The notes under the pieces are model-generated. The model worked only from the letters and a program-made list of their open reading frames with translations. It was not told the origin of the DNA and did not search any database. A program made the translations under genes and the position numbers. This document shows, in pieces, positions 39,060 through 52,008 of a stretch of 64,000 nucleotides of DNA (positions are counted from its first letter, which is position 1; each line of letters starts with the position of its first letter). The stretch is from Eledone cirrhosa (taxonomy: Eukaryota): positions 99,076,001 to 99,140,000 of the forward strand of contig OZ024746.1 of assembly GCA_964016885.1 (NCBI GenBank). Reading direction: 5' to 3'.

Positions 39060-39840
39060 CTGAAGTGCAGTTGGAACTTCTTAAGAGTCTCCTCAATGTA
39101 GAAATTGTGTCTTTCATCCGTTATTAGGTGAAGGGGATACCTACATTTGAAGAATAAGACATAAATATATACAAAATTTGCTGGTTGTAGATTGTGAGTT
39201 GGAGATTGGCATTGTTTTTATCAGTTGTCATACATTTTGTTTTGGAGATGTTGATGCATAAGCCAGCCTCCAGCGAATGTTTGGTCAGTACATTCAGAAA
39301 GTCTTGCAGATCAAGAGTAACTCATCAATTGTCAAGTCAAACTATATGGCCATATAAAAAGATCAACTCGTGGTGTGAGTAGGTTAGGCCTGGAAGGAAG
39401 GTTGGCAGCTAAGACAAGCAGAGGCCGGCAGCCAAAACGATGGCTTGGCAATGTCGACTTATGGACTTGACTTGATCTTTACTCTTTGAACTCTGCTGCT
39501 GGTGATCGAACTTTGTGGAGAGAGATATCACATGTTGATGCGCAGTCTGCAACTGGCGGAGTTTAACGTCACGAATAAATATAAAAAATAAGATTATGAG
39601 ATATCATGCCATTCTCAAGAGAATTAGTGACATATATGATAGTCTTAGTCTTAGGCCCTCCTATGCCCTGGGGCATATTGGGCAATAAGTCTTCTCCAAT
39701 TTACATTATTGGCTGTGGCATCTTGCGTAGTTTCCCAGTCCAGGCCAATCCTCTGGAGATCTTTAAAAGTTGTGTGCCAGGTTTTCTTAGGTCTCCCTTT
39801 TTACAGCATGCCACCTACTGGGATCCAATTCATTGCCAAA
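39060..39840. mobile_element. Degraded RTE-like LINE fragments
   Basis: Minus strand has an RT thumb-like GLCINISKTKC..FVY stretch; plus strand has a GRLEG..RQxEAGSQ.RW-like 3' end; a second minus 3' end lies at 39640-39840. Confidence 0.45.
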
Positions 39841-40739
39841 TGAGGGGTTTTTACCGTCTCCTCGGTCTAGCCCCGCCGGCTCGAGCTGGGAGGGGACGCC
39901 TGCAGTACCCAAGTCATGTTTTATGACCTTATTGAGAGCAGCATGGCGTGGAAGACGGCCAGCACTGTAGCGACAAGACAGTGAGTGGAAGTCGAAAGAA
40001 TCTATGGTGGATCCGCAACGATATTTCTTTGACTCGCAGATCCGGAGGACGAGCCTTAGGCAACCCCGATTCGCTGGCTATTATTAATTGTGAGTGAAAA
40101 CTTGCATTTAACTGTATTTATTGACAGGTCACTTTATTGTATTGCTTTAGTTTAGGTACAGATAACCAATATGGACGGTTAGATTCAATGTATAGTTGAA
40201 CTCACATTTATGATAAACCTCTGATCATTACAAAACATGTGTGGATAATAAATATAAGTCATTAATTGAGCTTAAATCCTGTTATATGGACTTACGTATC
40301 ACTGTCTTGTTGACCTAGAATATTTCTCGTCAGATATGCTATAAGAATATTAAATATTTCAAGTTTGAGAGAAGTAGATTAACAAACATTTGAGTGACAT
40401 TTCAGAAATATATATAAGGCATATAAGAAATTGTAGTATTAAAAAGGATTAACTATAAGGTTAAAGTGAAGGGAATGATAAAACAATCATACAATGAAAA
40501 TGATATAATTTCGTAAAAGTCATAACTGATTTTTCGAAGAGACTGCGAAGGAGAAGGAGGAGGACCAGGAGGGGGTGGTGGAGCTTAAATATGGAGGGGG
40601 ACTTTAAAATATCTAAAATATTGAACGATAGAGAAAACATGTGTTGTTTAGCGTTACATTTCTGTAGCATAAAAAAACAGTGTTCACTTGTCAACAATAT
40701 GGTTAAGATAATGAATGCACACACACACACACACATATA

Positions 40740-40806
<67 letters not shown>

Positions 40807-41474
40807 TTATATATTTATTTTTGGGTGGAGTACGAAACACGTCTTTTTCACTTGTTATGGATGAAATCTCTGGAGATTGAGGTATCTGATTTCTTAAGAT
40901 ATTGCGTCTTTCTTTATGTCCTTCATTTGGGTTAAATAGATTATTTTTTTGTGTAGCTTGGTCGGATAAGTGAAAAACAATAAGGCTTTCCTGATATTTG
41001 AGAATGGTATCAGTTATGAAGTTTTTCCCCTTGGTTTTATGTCATTTAAAATTTACTGACTTTTTTGTCCCTGGAGGGATTTAATCATATGTTTCTAATT
41101 TCCCTCCACTTTGTATACTTACACAAACAAATACAAGCTCACATACATACTCATACATACATACCTATCCACGTACATGCACGTGTATATATATATATAT
41201 ATATATATATAATGTGTGTGTGTTTGAGTGTACCCATACCCAAACGCACAGTGATATATCTATACACATACACACGCGTGAAGACATGTCAAGTGCTGTG
41301 GTGACGAGGTGAGCTGGTTTGATCTGGCAGAAATATGATTACTTTCCAGGATCTTGTTATTTCTCTTCTTTTATGTCATTAATGTATATTTGAAAAACAT
41401 CAGCCTCACAGTGGCTTTATAAACTAGGGGGCAACAGTAGAAAATGGAACTCAACTGGTCTGTTATCTTCTTGT

Positions 41475-41910
41475 TTACATCCATGAGCTTGGCTGGTCTT
41501 GATTGGGGACCCAGCCAGATCACTTGGAGACGGTTGCTTCTGACAGGACCTGTTGGAAGGAGTGTTGGAGGACTGTCTTCTTCTTCTTCTTCTTCTTCTT
41601 CTTCTTCTTCTTCTTCTTCTTCTTCTTCTTCTTCTATCAACTCCCTCCCCCCAACTACTTTCATTCTTCCATGGTTGACAAATCAAATATTCATTGGCAA
41701 TTAAAATCAATCAGACTCTGCAAAATATTGACTTGTTTTAACTAAGGCCAAAGGTCCTATATTTTAATGGTGGAGGAAATGAGTTTGGCTGGTCTCGCTT
41801 GGGGATCCAGCCGGATCAGTTGGAGACGGTTGCTTCTGACAGGACCCGTTGGAGGGAGTGTTTGCGGACTCTGCTCCCCATGACCCTCTCAGCAATAAGT
41901 GGGCGAAGAA
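41475..41910 (+). mobile_element. Two short RTE (Expander/Rex3-like) 3' fragments plus a (TTC)n array
   Basis: TTGGAGACGGTTGCTTCTGACAGGAC at about 41524 and 41820. Confidence 0.7.
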
Positions 41911-42429
41911 TCACAAGCAAAAAAAGCTTTAATTGTTCCAAGGAAGAAAGAAATACCCCAGATGGAGTAAAAAACAAAAAAAAAAATGCATAAATCAAGC
42001 CAGAAAGTCACCTCGCATATTTGCGTGCATCGCTTTTCAAAATGTTATTTTACGAACAAAATCACATAAATACATAAACAGGGTCAACAATTATAGCTAG
42101 ATACATAGCTATACTACTAAAATAGTTAGACTAGATTAAAATAGTAATTTTAGATTTAAATCTATCATGGGACCGGGTATGTATGTCTGTTTATGTATGG
42201 TTGTGGGTACAAGTGTGTACATAGCTACTATACTAAAATAGCCAAACAAGATTATAATTTTAAATTTAAATTTATCACGAGTTTAGGCATGTATGTCTGT
42301 TTATGTCGGTTTATATATGATTGTGTTACATATGTGTGATGCTATTAAAAAAATATTCATGTATATGTGAAGGAACGTGGCTTTGTGGTTAAGGTATTTG
42401 CATAGCTACGGCTTCCTAAAACCGTATTT

Positions 42430-42728
42430 CTTTAGAATGCTTTGCGGTATTTGTTCCAGCTCTCTGCTCTCTGAGTTCAAATCCCACCGAGGTCAACTTT
42501 GCCTTTCATCCTTTCGAGGTCGATAAAAAAAGTACCAGTCTAGTACTGGGGTAGATTCTTGCTCTATATCTCTTTCTCATTTCCCCTCTCTCACTTTCTA
42601 ACTTTCTCTGGAAGAAACCTACTGTCCTCAGGCCTGGAGAGGGGTGGGCTCTGCCAGGCTTAAAATGCCCGAGAAACGCTGTATGTCAATATGGCGTCAC
42701 TATAACTCTATCAGGAGGTATGGGACCA
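42430..42728 (+). mobile_element. SINE family D (A-type head and core, distinct tail ending in (TACA)n)
   Basis: B-box GTTCAAATCC, core GCCTTTCATCCTTTCGAGGTCGATAA, tail ...TATCAGGAGGTATGGGACCA; inverted copy at 55449-55790. Confidence 0.75.
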
Positions 42729-42805
42729 CACATACATACATACATACATACATACACACATACATACATACATACATACATACATACATACATACATACA
42801 TACAT

Positions 42806-42840
<35 letters not shown>

Positions 42841-42869
42841 TACATACATACATACATACATACATACAC

Positions 42870-42900
<31 letters not shown>

Positions 42901-43001
42901 TACATACATACATACATACACACACACATACATACATACACACACACATACATACATACATACATACACACACACATACATATATACATACATACATACA
43001 T

Positions 43002-43032
<31 letters not shown>

Positions 43033-43077
43033 TACATACATACATACATACATACATACATACATACATACATACAT
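42729..43077. repeat. (TACA)n/(CA)n array
   Basis: Seen directly. Confidence 0.97.
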
Positions 43078-43645
43078 GAGACACGATGGGATAGCTAGAA
43101 CCATCTGGAACGCACTTCGGAAAACAAAATTAACAACAAACGAGGAAGAATATATTGAGACAGATGGCACTAAGGAATACTGGTGGAACCTGAAAATAAA
43201 AACTGCCACCAAATTAAAGCACAACCGGCCTGATATTGTAGTTTGGGACCACACATTGAAAACGTGTTCTGTTGTGGAGATCAGCTGCCCACTTGATGTA
43301 AACGTTGTCATAAAAATACAGGAGAAGGAGGACATCTACGGACCATTGATGAGGAGTTTACAAATCCAGTATCCAAGATACACCTTTAGCTTCATACCCA
43401 TCATTATTGGTGCTACGGGTTATATACCAACCCGCTTGGACCAAAGTATGACTGAACTTGGATTTGCGGACAAAAAGCGCAGCTCCCTAATTCATAGTCT
43501 ACAAATGGCTGCGATAGCTGGCACCTTCAAAATTTGCAAAACATTCTTGCGATTCAAGGGATGACAATTTCTTTTCTTTTACAACCTTGCCACCAAGAAG
43601 GTGGCCGTTCAAAAAAATATACTCGAAATTAAGAGAAAGAGAAAA
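43076..43645 (+). mobile_element. R4/Dong-like LINE, short 5'-truncated copy (RLE and 3' UTR)
   Basis: Nearly identical to 46060-46630; only a few substitutions seen. Confidence 0.9.
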
Positions 43646-43663
43646 CATACATACATACATACA

Positions 43664-43970
43664 TGGTGGCTGCCAACTCGTTTTCGAGTACGGCCACTAC
43701 TTTACATCCATGTAGGATAACCCCTACCGAAGCGCTGAACGAGTGTGACTTTTTAGTCCAGCCAGCGACTTGAAACCTCTGGTACAAACACTACACCTGT
43801 GACAATCATTGACACATAGTGCTAGGCCCATGGTAGGACAATTATTGACACATAGTGCTGGGCCCATGTGAGGACAAGTGCAGAGAGATCTCCAGATATA
43901 AAGCAATGCCTGTGCCGTGAAGCTTTTATAGTGAGCAAAGGCACTGCACAAAGCCAGTCCCACTCTCTTA
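43664..43970 (-). mobile_element. Element B: LINE-like 3' end with C2H2-like finger and (TGTA)n tail
   Basis: CSVCTRGFKSLAGLKSHTRSALR*, then a short UTR ending GCAGCCACCA-(TGTA)n. Confidence 0.55.
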
Positions 43971-44014
43971 ACATACATACATACATACATACATACATAC
44001 ATACATACATACAT

Positions 44015-46630
44015 AAAGACTAAAATATAAGTCAACAGCCCATAAACGACAAGTGCTAAATAGATTGTTTGCCAGAGATCCTAAATCAGTTTATCGCAGC
44101 TTCGGTGGCAAAAGCTCAATCCCTGTAAACGACACCCCTTCAAAAGAACAGGTTGAGAACTACTGGAGATCTGTATGGGAAACGGATGACGGATTCAACA
44201 GACAAGCTAATTGGCTAAAACAACTGGAACAGGACTACTGCCAACATGTCCAGACAAAACAATATGACATAGATGGGTCAATACTGGAAACAGCTCTACA
44301 GAAAATGTCGAATAGGAAATCGCCAGGCCCAGACCTCATTACAGGATACTGGTTGAAGAATTTCACTTTCTATCGGCAAGATCTCATACGGCTGTTTACA
44401 GAAACCATTAAGGGCACACAAGAACTGCCCAGATGGTTATCAACTGCCACTACTCTCCTCATTCCCAAAAATAGCCAAACCACCCTTGCTAAAAATTACC
44501 GCCCAATTGCCTGCCAAAACATCATGTATAAATTATATACTGGGTGCCTTAACCTGTTCTTACAGGATCACTGTGCTACCAACAACATCATAACACCTGA
44601 GCAAGCTGGTGGAAAGAGGGAGGTGTGGGGTTGCATAGATCACCTACTAACTAACAAAATGATTCAGGAAAAAACAACAAAGAATCGCAGAAACATGACT
44701 GTCGTGTGGCTGGACTATCAAAAAGCATTTGATAGTGTACCTCATGGGTGGATTATTAAGGCTTTACAGTTAGCTAAAGTCCCACAACCATTAGTAGCTG
44801 CTGTTGAACGCCTGACCAAGAACTGGTACACCAATTTGATCCTTAGAGGTGAGAAGGAGCAGGTTAAGACTGATAGGATACATTACCAGAAGGGCATCTT
44901 TCAGGGTGATAGCTTGTCAGTACTACTCTTCGTTCTCTCACTGAATCCACTATCTTACCTACTCAGGAAACAAGGTGGACAAAGAAGTGGGCCCAGAAGT
45001 ATCTCCCATCTTTTCTTTGTTGATGACCTGAAGTTGTATGGGCCAAATATCAATGACATCAAGAAACAATTGGACCTCATTACACAATTTTCAACCGACA
45101 TCAAAATGAAATTTGGTGAGTCCAAGTGTGCATATTTGGCAGTAAAACGTGGAAGAGCTGTGCCCTCCTCTAGAAATCTAGATATGAACGGCCTGACAAT
45201 ACAACCTCTGCAGTCAGGTGACAACTACAGATATCTTGGACAGGATGAGAATGTCAGATATGATGGACCCATAAATAAGGAGAGAACCAGAACTGAATAC
45301 CTCAGAAGAGTAAAAGAAATATGGTCATCAGAACTGTCAGCATACAACAAATACATTGCCCACAATACCTATGCTGTGCCAATTCTAACGCCAACATTTG
45401 GCCTACTGAACTGGTCAGTGCAAGAACTAAGTGAGATGGATGTTAGAACTCGTAAACTTCTCAGTGTTACTGGGAACTTTAACATCAATGGTGATGTGGA
45501 TAGGCTATACTTCTCACGCAAGGAAGGTGGCCGGGGTCTAAAATCAATATTAACAACATATGAGACCCGGATAGTAACACTGAAGCAACACCTTCAACAG
45601 ATGAAAAAGGTTGGCGACCATCTTGCTCAGGTTTATGAGCATGAAAAAAGAAATATCATTAGAATAGCGACTGATCTGGAGGAGAGATATGGAATAAAGC
45701 CTGATATAAATCTCTCACCCAGAGAAATCGGAAGATCCTATTCAATGTTCAAACAAGAAAAAAAAATTGACCAATTTACAGAGAAAGTTGTGCATGGATA
45801 CTTGAGGCGTAAAACACAGACCATAGAGGGGATAAACCACTCAAAAAGCCTGGCATGGAGTTCCGACAAGTTTATGACATCACACCTTGAGGGATACCTC
45901 TATGCAATACAGGAACAAGAACTCCCTACCAAATATCTGCTGCACAAAAGAGGAGGGCCAGCAGCTGACAATAAATGTAGGCTATGTAAAACAAAGATCG
46001 AGGATGTAAGCCACATTGTTGCCAGCTGCGAAAGAATGTCATCTCGCTACTACCTCCCCATGAGACACGATGGGATAGCTAGAACTATCTGGAACGCACT
46101 TCGGAAAACAAAATTAACAACAAACGAGGAAGAATATATTGAGACAGATGGCACTAAGGAATACTGGTGGAACCTGAAAATAAAAACTGCCACCAAATTA
46201 AAGCACAACCGGCCTGATATTGTAGTTTGGGACCACACATTGAAAACGTGTTCTGTTGTGGAGATCAGCTGCCCACTTGATGTAAACGTTGTCAGAAAAA
46301 TACAGGAGAAGGAGGACATCTACGGACCATTGATGAGGAGCTTACAAATCCAGTATCCAAGATACACCTTTAGCTTCATACCCATCATTATTGGTGCTAC
46401 GGGTTATATACCAACCCGCTTGGACCAAAGTATGACCGAACTTGGATTTGCGGACAAAAAGCGCAGCTCCCTAATTCATAGTCTACAAATGGCTGCGATA
46501 GCTGGCACCTTCAAAATATGCAAAACATTCTTGCGATTCAAGGGATGACAATTTCTTTTCTTTTACAACCTTGCCACCAGGAAGGTGGCCGGTCAAAAAA
46601 ATATACTCGAAATTAAGAGAAAGAGAAAAC
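44015..46630 (+). mobile_element. R4/Dong-like RLE non-LTR retrotransposon, 5'-truncated, young
   Basis: Uninterrupted ORF plus an 82-nt 3' UTR; both junctions are in (TACA)n. Confidence 0.9.
44017..46548 (+). CDS. Reverse transcriptase + CCHC zinc knuckle + restriction-like endonuclease (N-terminus missing)
   Basis: KSPGPD, LIPK, NYRPIAC, LDYQKAFDSVPH, GIFQGDSLS, FFVDDLKL, YRYLG; CRLC..EDVSHIVASC; RHD, NRPDIVV, VVEISCP. The frame stays open upstream of the annotated GTG (RLKYKSTAHKRQ) to the microsatellite junction. Confidence 0.92.
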   Translation, partial: RLKYKSTAHKRQVLNRLFARDPKSVYRSFGGKSSIPVNDTPSKEQVENYWRSVWETDDGFNRQANWLKQLEQDYCQHVQTKQYDIDGSILETALQKMSNRKSPGPDLITGYWLKNFTFYRQDLIRLFTETIKGTQELPRWLSTATTLLIPKNSQTTLAKNYRPIACQNIMYKLYTGCLNLFLQDHCATNNIITPEQAGGKREVWGCIDHLLTNKMIQEKTTKNRRNMTVVWLDYQKAFDSVPHGWIIKALQLAKVPQPLVAAVERLTKNWYTNLILRGEKEQVKTDRIHYQKGIFQGDSLSVLLFVLSLNPLSYLLRKQGGQRSGPRSISHLFFVDDLKLYGPNINDIKKQLDLITQFSTDIKMKFGESKCAYLAVKRGRAVPSSRNLDMNGLTIQPLQSGDNYRYLGQDENVRYDGPINKERTRTEYLRRVKEIWSSELSAYNKYIAHNTYAVPILTPTFGLLNWSVQELSEMDVRTRKLLSVTGNFNINGDVDRLYFSRKEGGRGLKSILTTYETRIVTLKQHLQQMKKVGDHLAQVYEHEKRNIIRIATDLEERYGIKPDINLSPREIGRSYSMFKQEKKIDQFTEKVVHGYLRRKTQTIEGINHSKSLAWSSDKFMTSHLEGYLYAIQEQELPTKYLLHKRGGPAADNKCRLCKTKIEDVSHIVASCERMSSRYYLPMRHDGIARTIWNALRKTKLTTNEEEYIETDGTKEYWWNLKIKTATKLKHNRPDIVVWDHTLKTCSVVEISCPLDVNVVRKIQEKEDIYGPLMRSLQIQYPRYTFSFIPIIIGATGYIPTRLDQSMTELGFADKKRSSLIHSLQMAAIAGTFKICKTFLRFKG

Positions 46631-47045
46631 ATACATACATACATACACACATACATACATACACACACACATAGATACATACATACATACATACACACAT
46701 ACATACATACACACATACATACATACATACATACATACATACATACATACACACATACATACATACATACATACATACACACACACATACATACATACAT
46801 ACATACATACATACATACACACATACACACATACATACATACACACATACATACATACATACGTACATACATACATACACACACACACATACATACATAC
46901 ATACATACACACATACATACACACATACATACATACATACACACATACATACATACATACATACATACATACATACATACATACATACATACATACACAC
47001 ACACATACATACATACATACATACATACATACATACATACATACA
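46630..47045. repeat. (TACA)n array
   Basis: Seen directly. Confidence 0.97.
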
Positions 47046-47453
47046 TGGTGGCTGCCAACTCGTTTTCGAGTACGGCCACTACTTTATATCCATGTAGGAG
47101 AACCCCTACCGATGCGCTGAACGAGTGTGACTTTTTAGTCCAGCCAGCGACTTGAAAACTCTGGTACAAACACTACACTTGCGACAATTATTGACACATA
47201 GTGCTGGGCCCATGGTACCATGTGACGACAAGTGCAGAGAGATCTCCAGATATAAAGCAATGCCTGTGCCGTGAAGCTTTTATAGTGAGCAAAGGCACTG
47301 CACAAAGCCAGTCCCACTCTCTTAACCAAGATGATATTTACCAAAAAGAAGAACAAGTCAACATCATTGGATACCATCAGGGTTGCAGGTGTTATATCAG
47401 AGTTTTCCTTCTCCTAGAATTCTGCCTTGACAAAGGCTAAGGGGTCATCTCTC
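47046..47453 (-). mobile_element. Element B, second and longer copy
   Basis: Homologous to 43664-43970, lacks its ~36-bp internal duplication and extends about 130 bp further. Confidence 0.55.
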
Positions 47454-47856
47454 CATACATACATACATACATACATACATACATACATACATACATACAT
47501 ACATACATACACACATACATACATACATACATACACACATACATACATAGATACATACATACATACATACATACATACGTACATACGTACATACGTACAT
47601 ACATACATACATACATACATACATACATACATACATACACACATACATACATACATACATACATACATACATACACACATACATACATACATACATACAT
47701 ACATACACACACACATACATACATACATACACACACACATACACACATACATACATACATACATACACACACACATACATACATACATACATACATACAT
47801 ACATACATACATACATACATACACACATACACACATACATACATACACACATACAT

Positions 47857-47889
<33 letters not shown>

Positions 47890-48060
47890 TACATACATAC
47901 ATACATACACACACACATACATACATACATACATACATACATACATACATACATACATACATACATACATACATACATACATAGACACACACATACATAC
48001 ATACATACATACATACACACACACATACACACATACATACATAATACATACATACATACA

Positions 48061-48092
<32 letters not shown>

Positions 48093-48315
48093 CACACACA
48101 TACACACATACATACATAATACATACATACATACACACATACATACACACATACATACATACATACATACATACATACATACACACATACATACATACAT
48201 ACATACATACATACACACATACATACACACATACATACATAATACATACATACATACACACATACATACACACATACATACATACATACATACATACATA
48301 CACACATACATACAT

Positions 48316-48346
<31 letters not shown>

Positions 48347-48791
48347 TACATACATACACACATACATACATAATACATACATACATACACACATACATAC
48401 ACACATACATACATACATACATACATACATACACACATACATACATACATACATACATACATACATACACACATACATACACACATGCATACATACATAC
48501 ATACATACACACACACATACACACATACACACATACATACATAATACATACATATATACATACGTACATACACACATACATACATACACACATACATACA
48601 TACATACATACATACATACATGCATACACACACACATTCATACATACATACATACATACATACACACATTCATACATACATACATACATACATACATACA
48701 TACACACACACATACACACATACATACATACATACATACATACATGCATACACACATACACACACACACACATACATACATACATACATAC
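47454..48791. repeat. (TACA)n array, 1.3 kb
   Basis: Seen directly. Confidence 0.97.
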
Positions 48792-49094
48792 TAAACAACA
48801 CCGATCACTCACTGACTTCAATAGAATGACTTCATTTGCCTTTTTGAACCGAGTATTTTAATTGCTTTTTATCGGTATAGGTAAAAATAAGAAATAGAGG
48901 TAAACTGTATGGTTGAATACTCACAGCACGTGGTTGGATGCAGATAAACAGAAGAATGAATAACCTTGTTGTGATTACAATTGTGTATATTTTGATAGTT
49001 GTTGTTGTTGTTGTTCTAGATGGCATTTAACAATACAAAAATAAGTTTGAAACTGAGCCAGGCATCTCCCGTTGACAACATTTCTTCAAGCGAT

Positions 49095-51460
49095 TTATAT
49101 CATTACACCCTCTCTCCCTCTACTATATCATTACACCCTCTCCCTCTACTATATCATTACACCCTCTCTCCCTCTACTATATCATTACACCCTCTCTCCC
49201 TCTACTATATCATTACACCCTCTCTCTCTTTACTATATCATTACACCCTCTCTCTCTTTACTATATCATTACACCCTCTCTCTCTTTACTATATCATTAC
49301 ACCCTCCCTCTCTCTCTTTACTATATCATTACACCCTCTCTCTCTTTACTATATCATTACACCCTCCCTCTCTCTCTTTACTATATCATTACACCCTCTC
49401 CCTCTACTATATCATTACACCCTCTCTCCCTCTACTATATCATTACACCCTCTCTCTCTTTACTATATCATTACACCCTCTCTCTCTTTACTATATCATT
49501 ACACCCTCTCTCCCTCTACTATATCATTACACCCTCTCTCTCTTTACTATATCATTACACCGTCTCAATCTACTATATCATTACACCGTCTCAATCTACT
49601 ATATCATTACACCCTCTCTCTCTTTACTATATCATTACACCCTCCCTCTCTTTACTATATCATTACACCCTCTCTCCCTCTACTATATCATTACACCCTC
49701 TCTCTCTTTACTATATCATTACACCCTCCCTCTCTTTACTATATCATTACACCCTCTCTCTCTTTACTATATCATTACACCCTCTCCCTCTACTATATCA
49801 TTACACCGTCTCAATCTACTATATCATTACACCCTCTCTCTCTTTACTATATCATTACACCCTCTCTCTCTTTACTATATCATTACACCCTCTCTCTCTT
49901 TACTATATCATTACACCCTCTCTCTCTTTACTATATCATTACACCCTCCCTCTCTTTACTATATCATTACACCCTCTCTCCCTTTACTATATCATTACAC
50001 CCACTCTCTCTTTACTATATCATTACACCCTCTCCCTCTACTATATCATTACACCCTCTCCATCTACTATATCATTACACCCTCTCTCTCTTTACTATAT
50101 CATTACACCCTCTCCCTCTACTATATCATTACACCCTCTCCCTCTACTATATCATTACACCCTCTCTCTCTTTACTATATCATTACACCCTCTCCCTCTA
50201 CTATATCATTACACCCTCTCCCTCTACTATATCATTACACCCTCTCTCTCTTTACTATATCATTACACCCTCTCTCTCTTTACTATATCATTACACCCTC
50301 TCTCTCTTTACTATATCATTACACACTCTCTCTCTTTACTATATCATTACACCCTCCCTCTCTTTACTATATCATTACACCCTCTCTCTCTTTACTATAT
50401 CATTACACCCTCCCTCTCTTTACTATATCATTACACCCTCCCTCTCTTTACTATATCATTACACCCTCTCTCTCTTTACTATATCATTACACCCTCCCTC
50501 TCTTTACTATATCATTACACCCTCTCTCTCTTTACTATATCATTACACCCTCTCTCTCTTTACTATATCATTACACCCTCTCTCTCTTTACTATATCATT
50601 ACACCCTCCCTCTCTTTACTATATCATTACACCCTCTCTCTCTTTACTATATCATTACACCCTCTCTCTCTTTACTATATCATTACACCCTCCCTCTCTT
50701 TACTATATCATTACACCCTCTCTCTCTTTACTGTATCATTACACCCTCTCTCTCTTTACTATATCATTACACCCTCTCTCTCTTTACTATATCATTACAC
50801 CCTCCCTCTCTTTACTATATCATTACACCCTCTCTCTCTTTACTATATCATTACACCCTCTCTCTCTTTACTATATCATTACACCCTCTCTCTCTTTACT
50901 ATATCATTACACCCTCCCTCTCTCTCTTTACTATATCATTACACCCTCTCTCTCTTTACTATATCATTACACCCTCCCTCTCTTTACTATATCATTACAC
51001 CCTCTCTCTCTTTACTATATCATTACACCCTCCCCCTCTTTACTATATCATTACACCCTCTCTCTCTTTACTATATCATTACACCCTCTCTCTCTTTACT
51101 ATATCATTACACCCTCTCTCTCTTTACTATATCATTACACCCTCTATCCCTCTACTATATCATTACACCCTCTCTCTCTTTACTATATCATTACACCCTC
51201 TCTCTCTTTACTATATCATTACACCCTCTCTCTCTTTACTATATCATTACACCCTCTCTCTCTTTACTATATCATTACACCCTCTCTCTCTTTACTATAT
51301 CATTACACCCTCTCTCTCTTTACTATATCATTACACTCTCCCTCTTTACTATATCATTACACCCCTCCCTCTACCATATCATTACACCCTCTCTCCCTCT
51401 ACTATCTCATTACACCCTCTCTCTCTTTACTATATCATTACACCCCCTCTCCCTCTACTT
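49095..51460. repeat. 26-32-bp minisatellite (modal 28 bp), about 2.4 kb
   Basis: Unit TACTATATCATTACACCCTCTCTCTCTT with a variable CT tract. Confidence 0.97.
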
Positions 51461-51701
51461 ACTTTAGTAGGACACGAAGAAGATCAACTATTGTAAATAG
51501 GATATCTGAGGTTAAAAGAGATGAGAACTGTGTAATGATAGCAGTGCCATCTATCGGAATGTAGGCGGGGCACATATAATGTAAAGGTTTAGCTTGAATA
51601 CTTGCTTTAAATGATGAGTAATGAATAGTGTTTTTCTGGGAACAAAACACTATTACTATTGTTGAATGAACAATTCTCTCAGGTATGTGTTTATACATGT
51701 A

Positions 51702-51886
51702 CAGGTAAAATTCCGTTATAACAAATACCATTATAACGAATTTTTCAGTATATCGAAGTTTTTTTCAATCCCCTAGGTAATAACAAACAAACGCTCGATT
51801 TGTTTCTGTCGATCTCGTTATAAAGGATTTTTCGTTAAAACGAATTTTTTATACCCCGTGAATTTCATTATAACGGAATTCCACTG
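51702..51886 (+). mobile_element. pogo/Tigger-like MITE
   Basis: TA|CAGGTAAAATTCCGTTATAAC ... ATTATAACGGAATTCCACTG|TA. Confidence 0.8.
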
Positions 51887-52008
51887 TATCCGACTCTTTG
51901 TAACTTTGCGACCACATTTTGAGGGCTCTTCTCTATTTAGAATTCCAGAGGAGCGACGTTCTAAGGAAGATCTAAAGGTGTTGGTTAGTCCGGGGCTTGG
52001 CATAGCGT

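Noticed and set aside
42644-43564. 306-aa ORF as a genuine fusion gene
   Set aside because: Chance read-through from the SINE tail across the TACA array into the truncated RLE; GTG start and no supporting context.
46483-48821. MYVC/YIHT-repeat ORFs
   Set aside because: (TACA)n artefacts; the same applies to the YI-repeat ORFs in (TA)n arrays.
49020-51564. 815- and 830-aa ORFs
   Set aside because: Stop-free only because the minisatellite strand lacks stop codons; the peptide cycles through the three frames of one unit.
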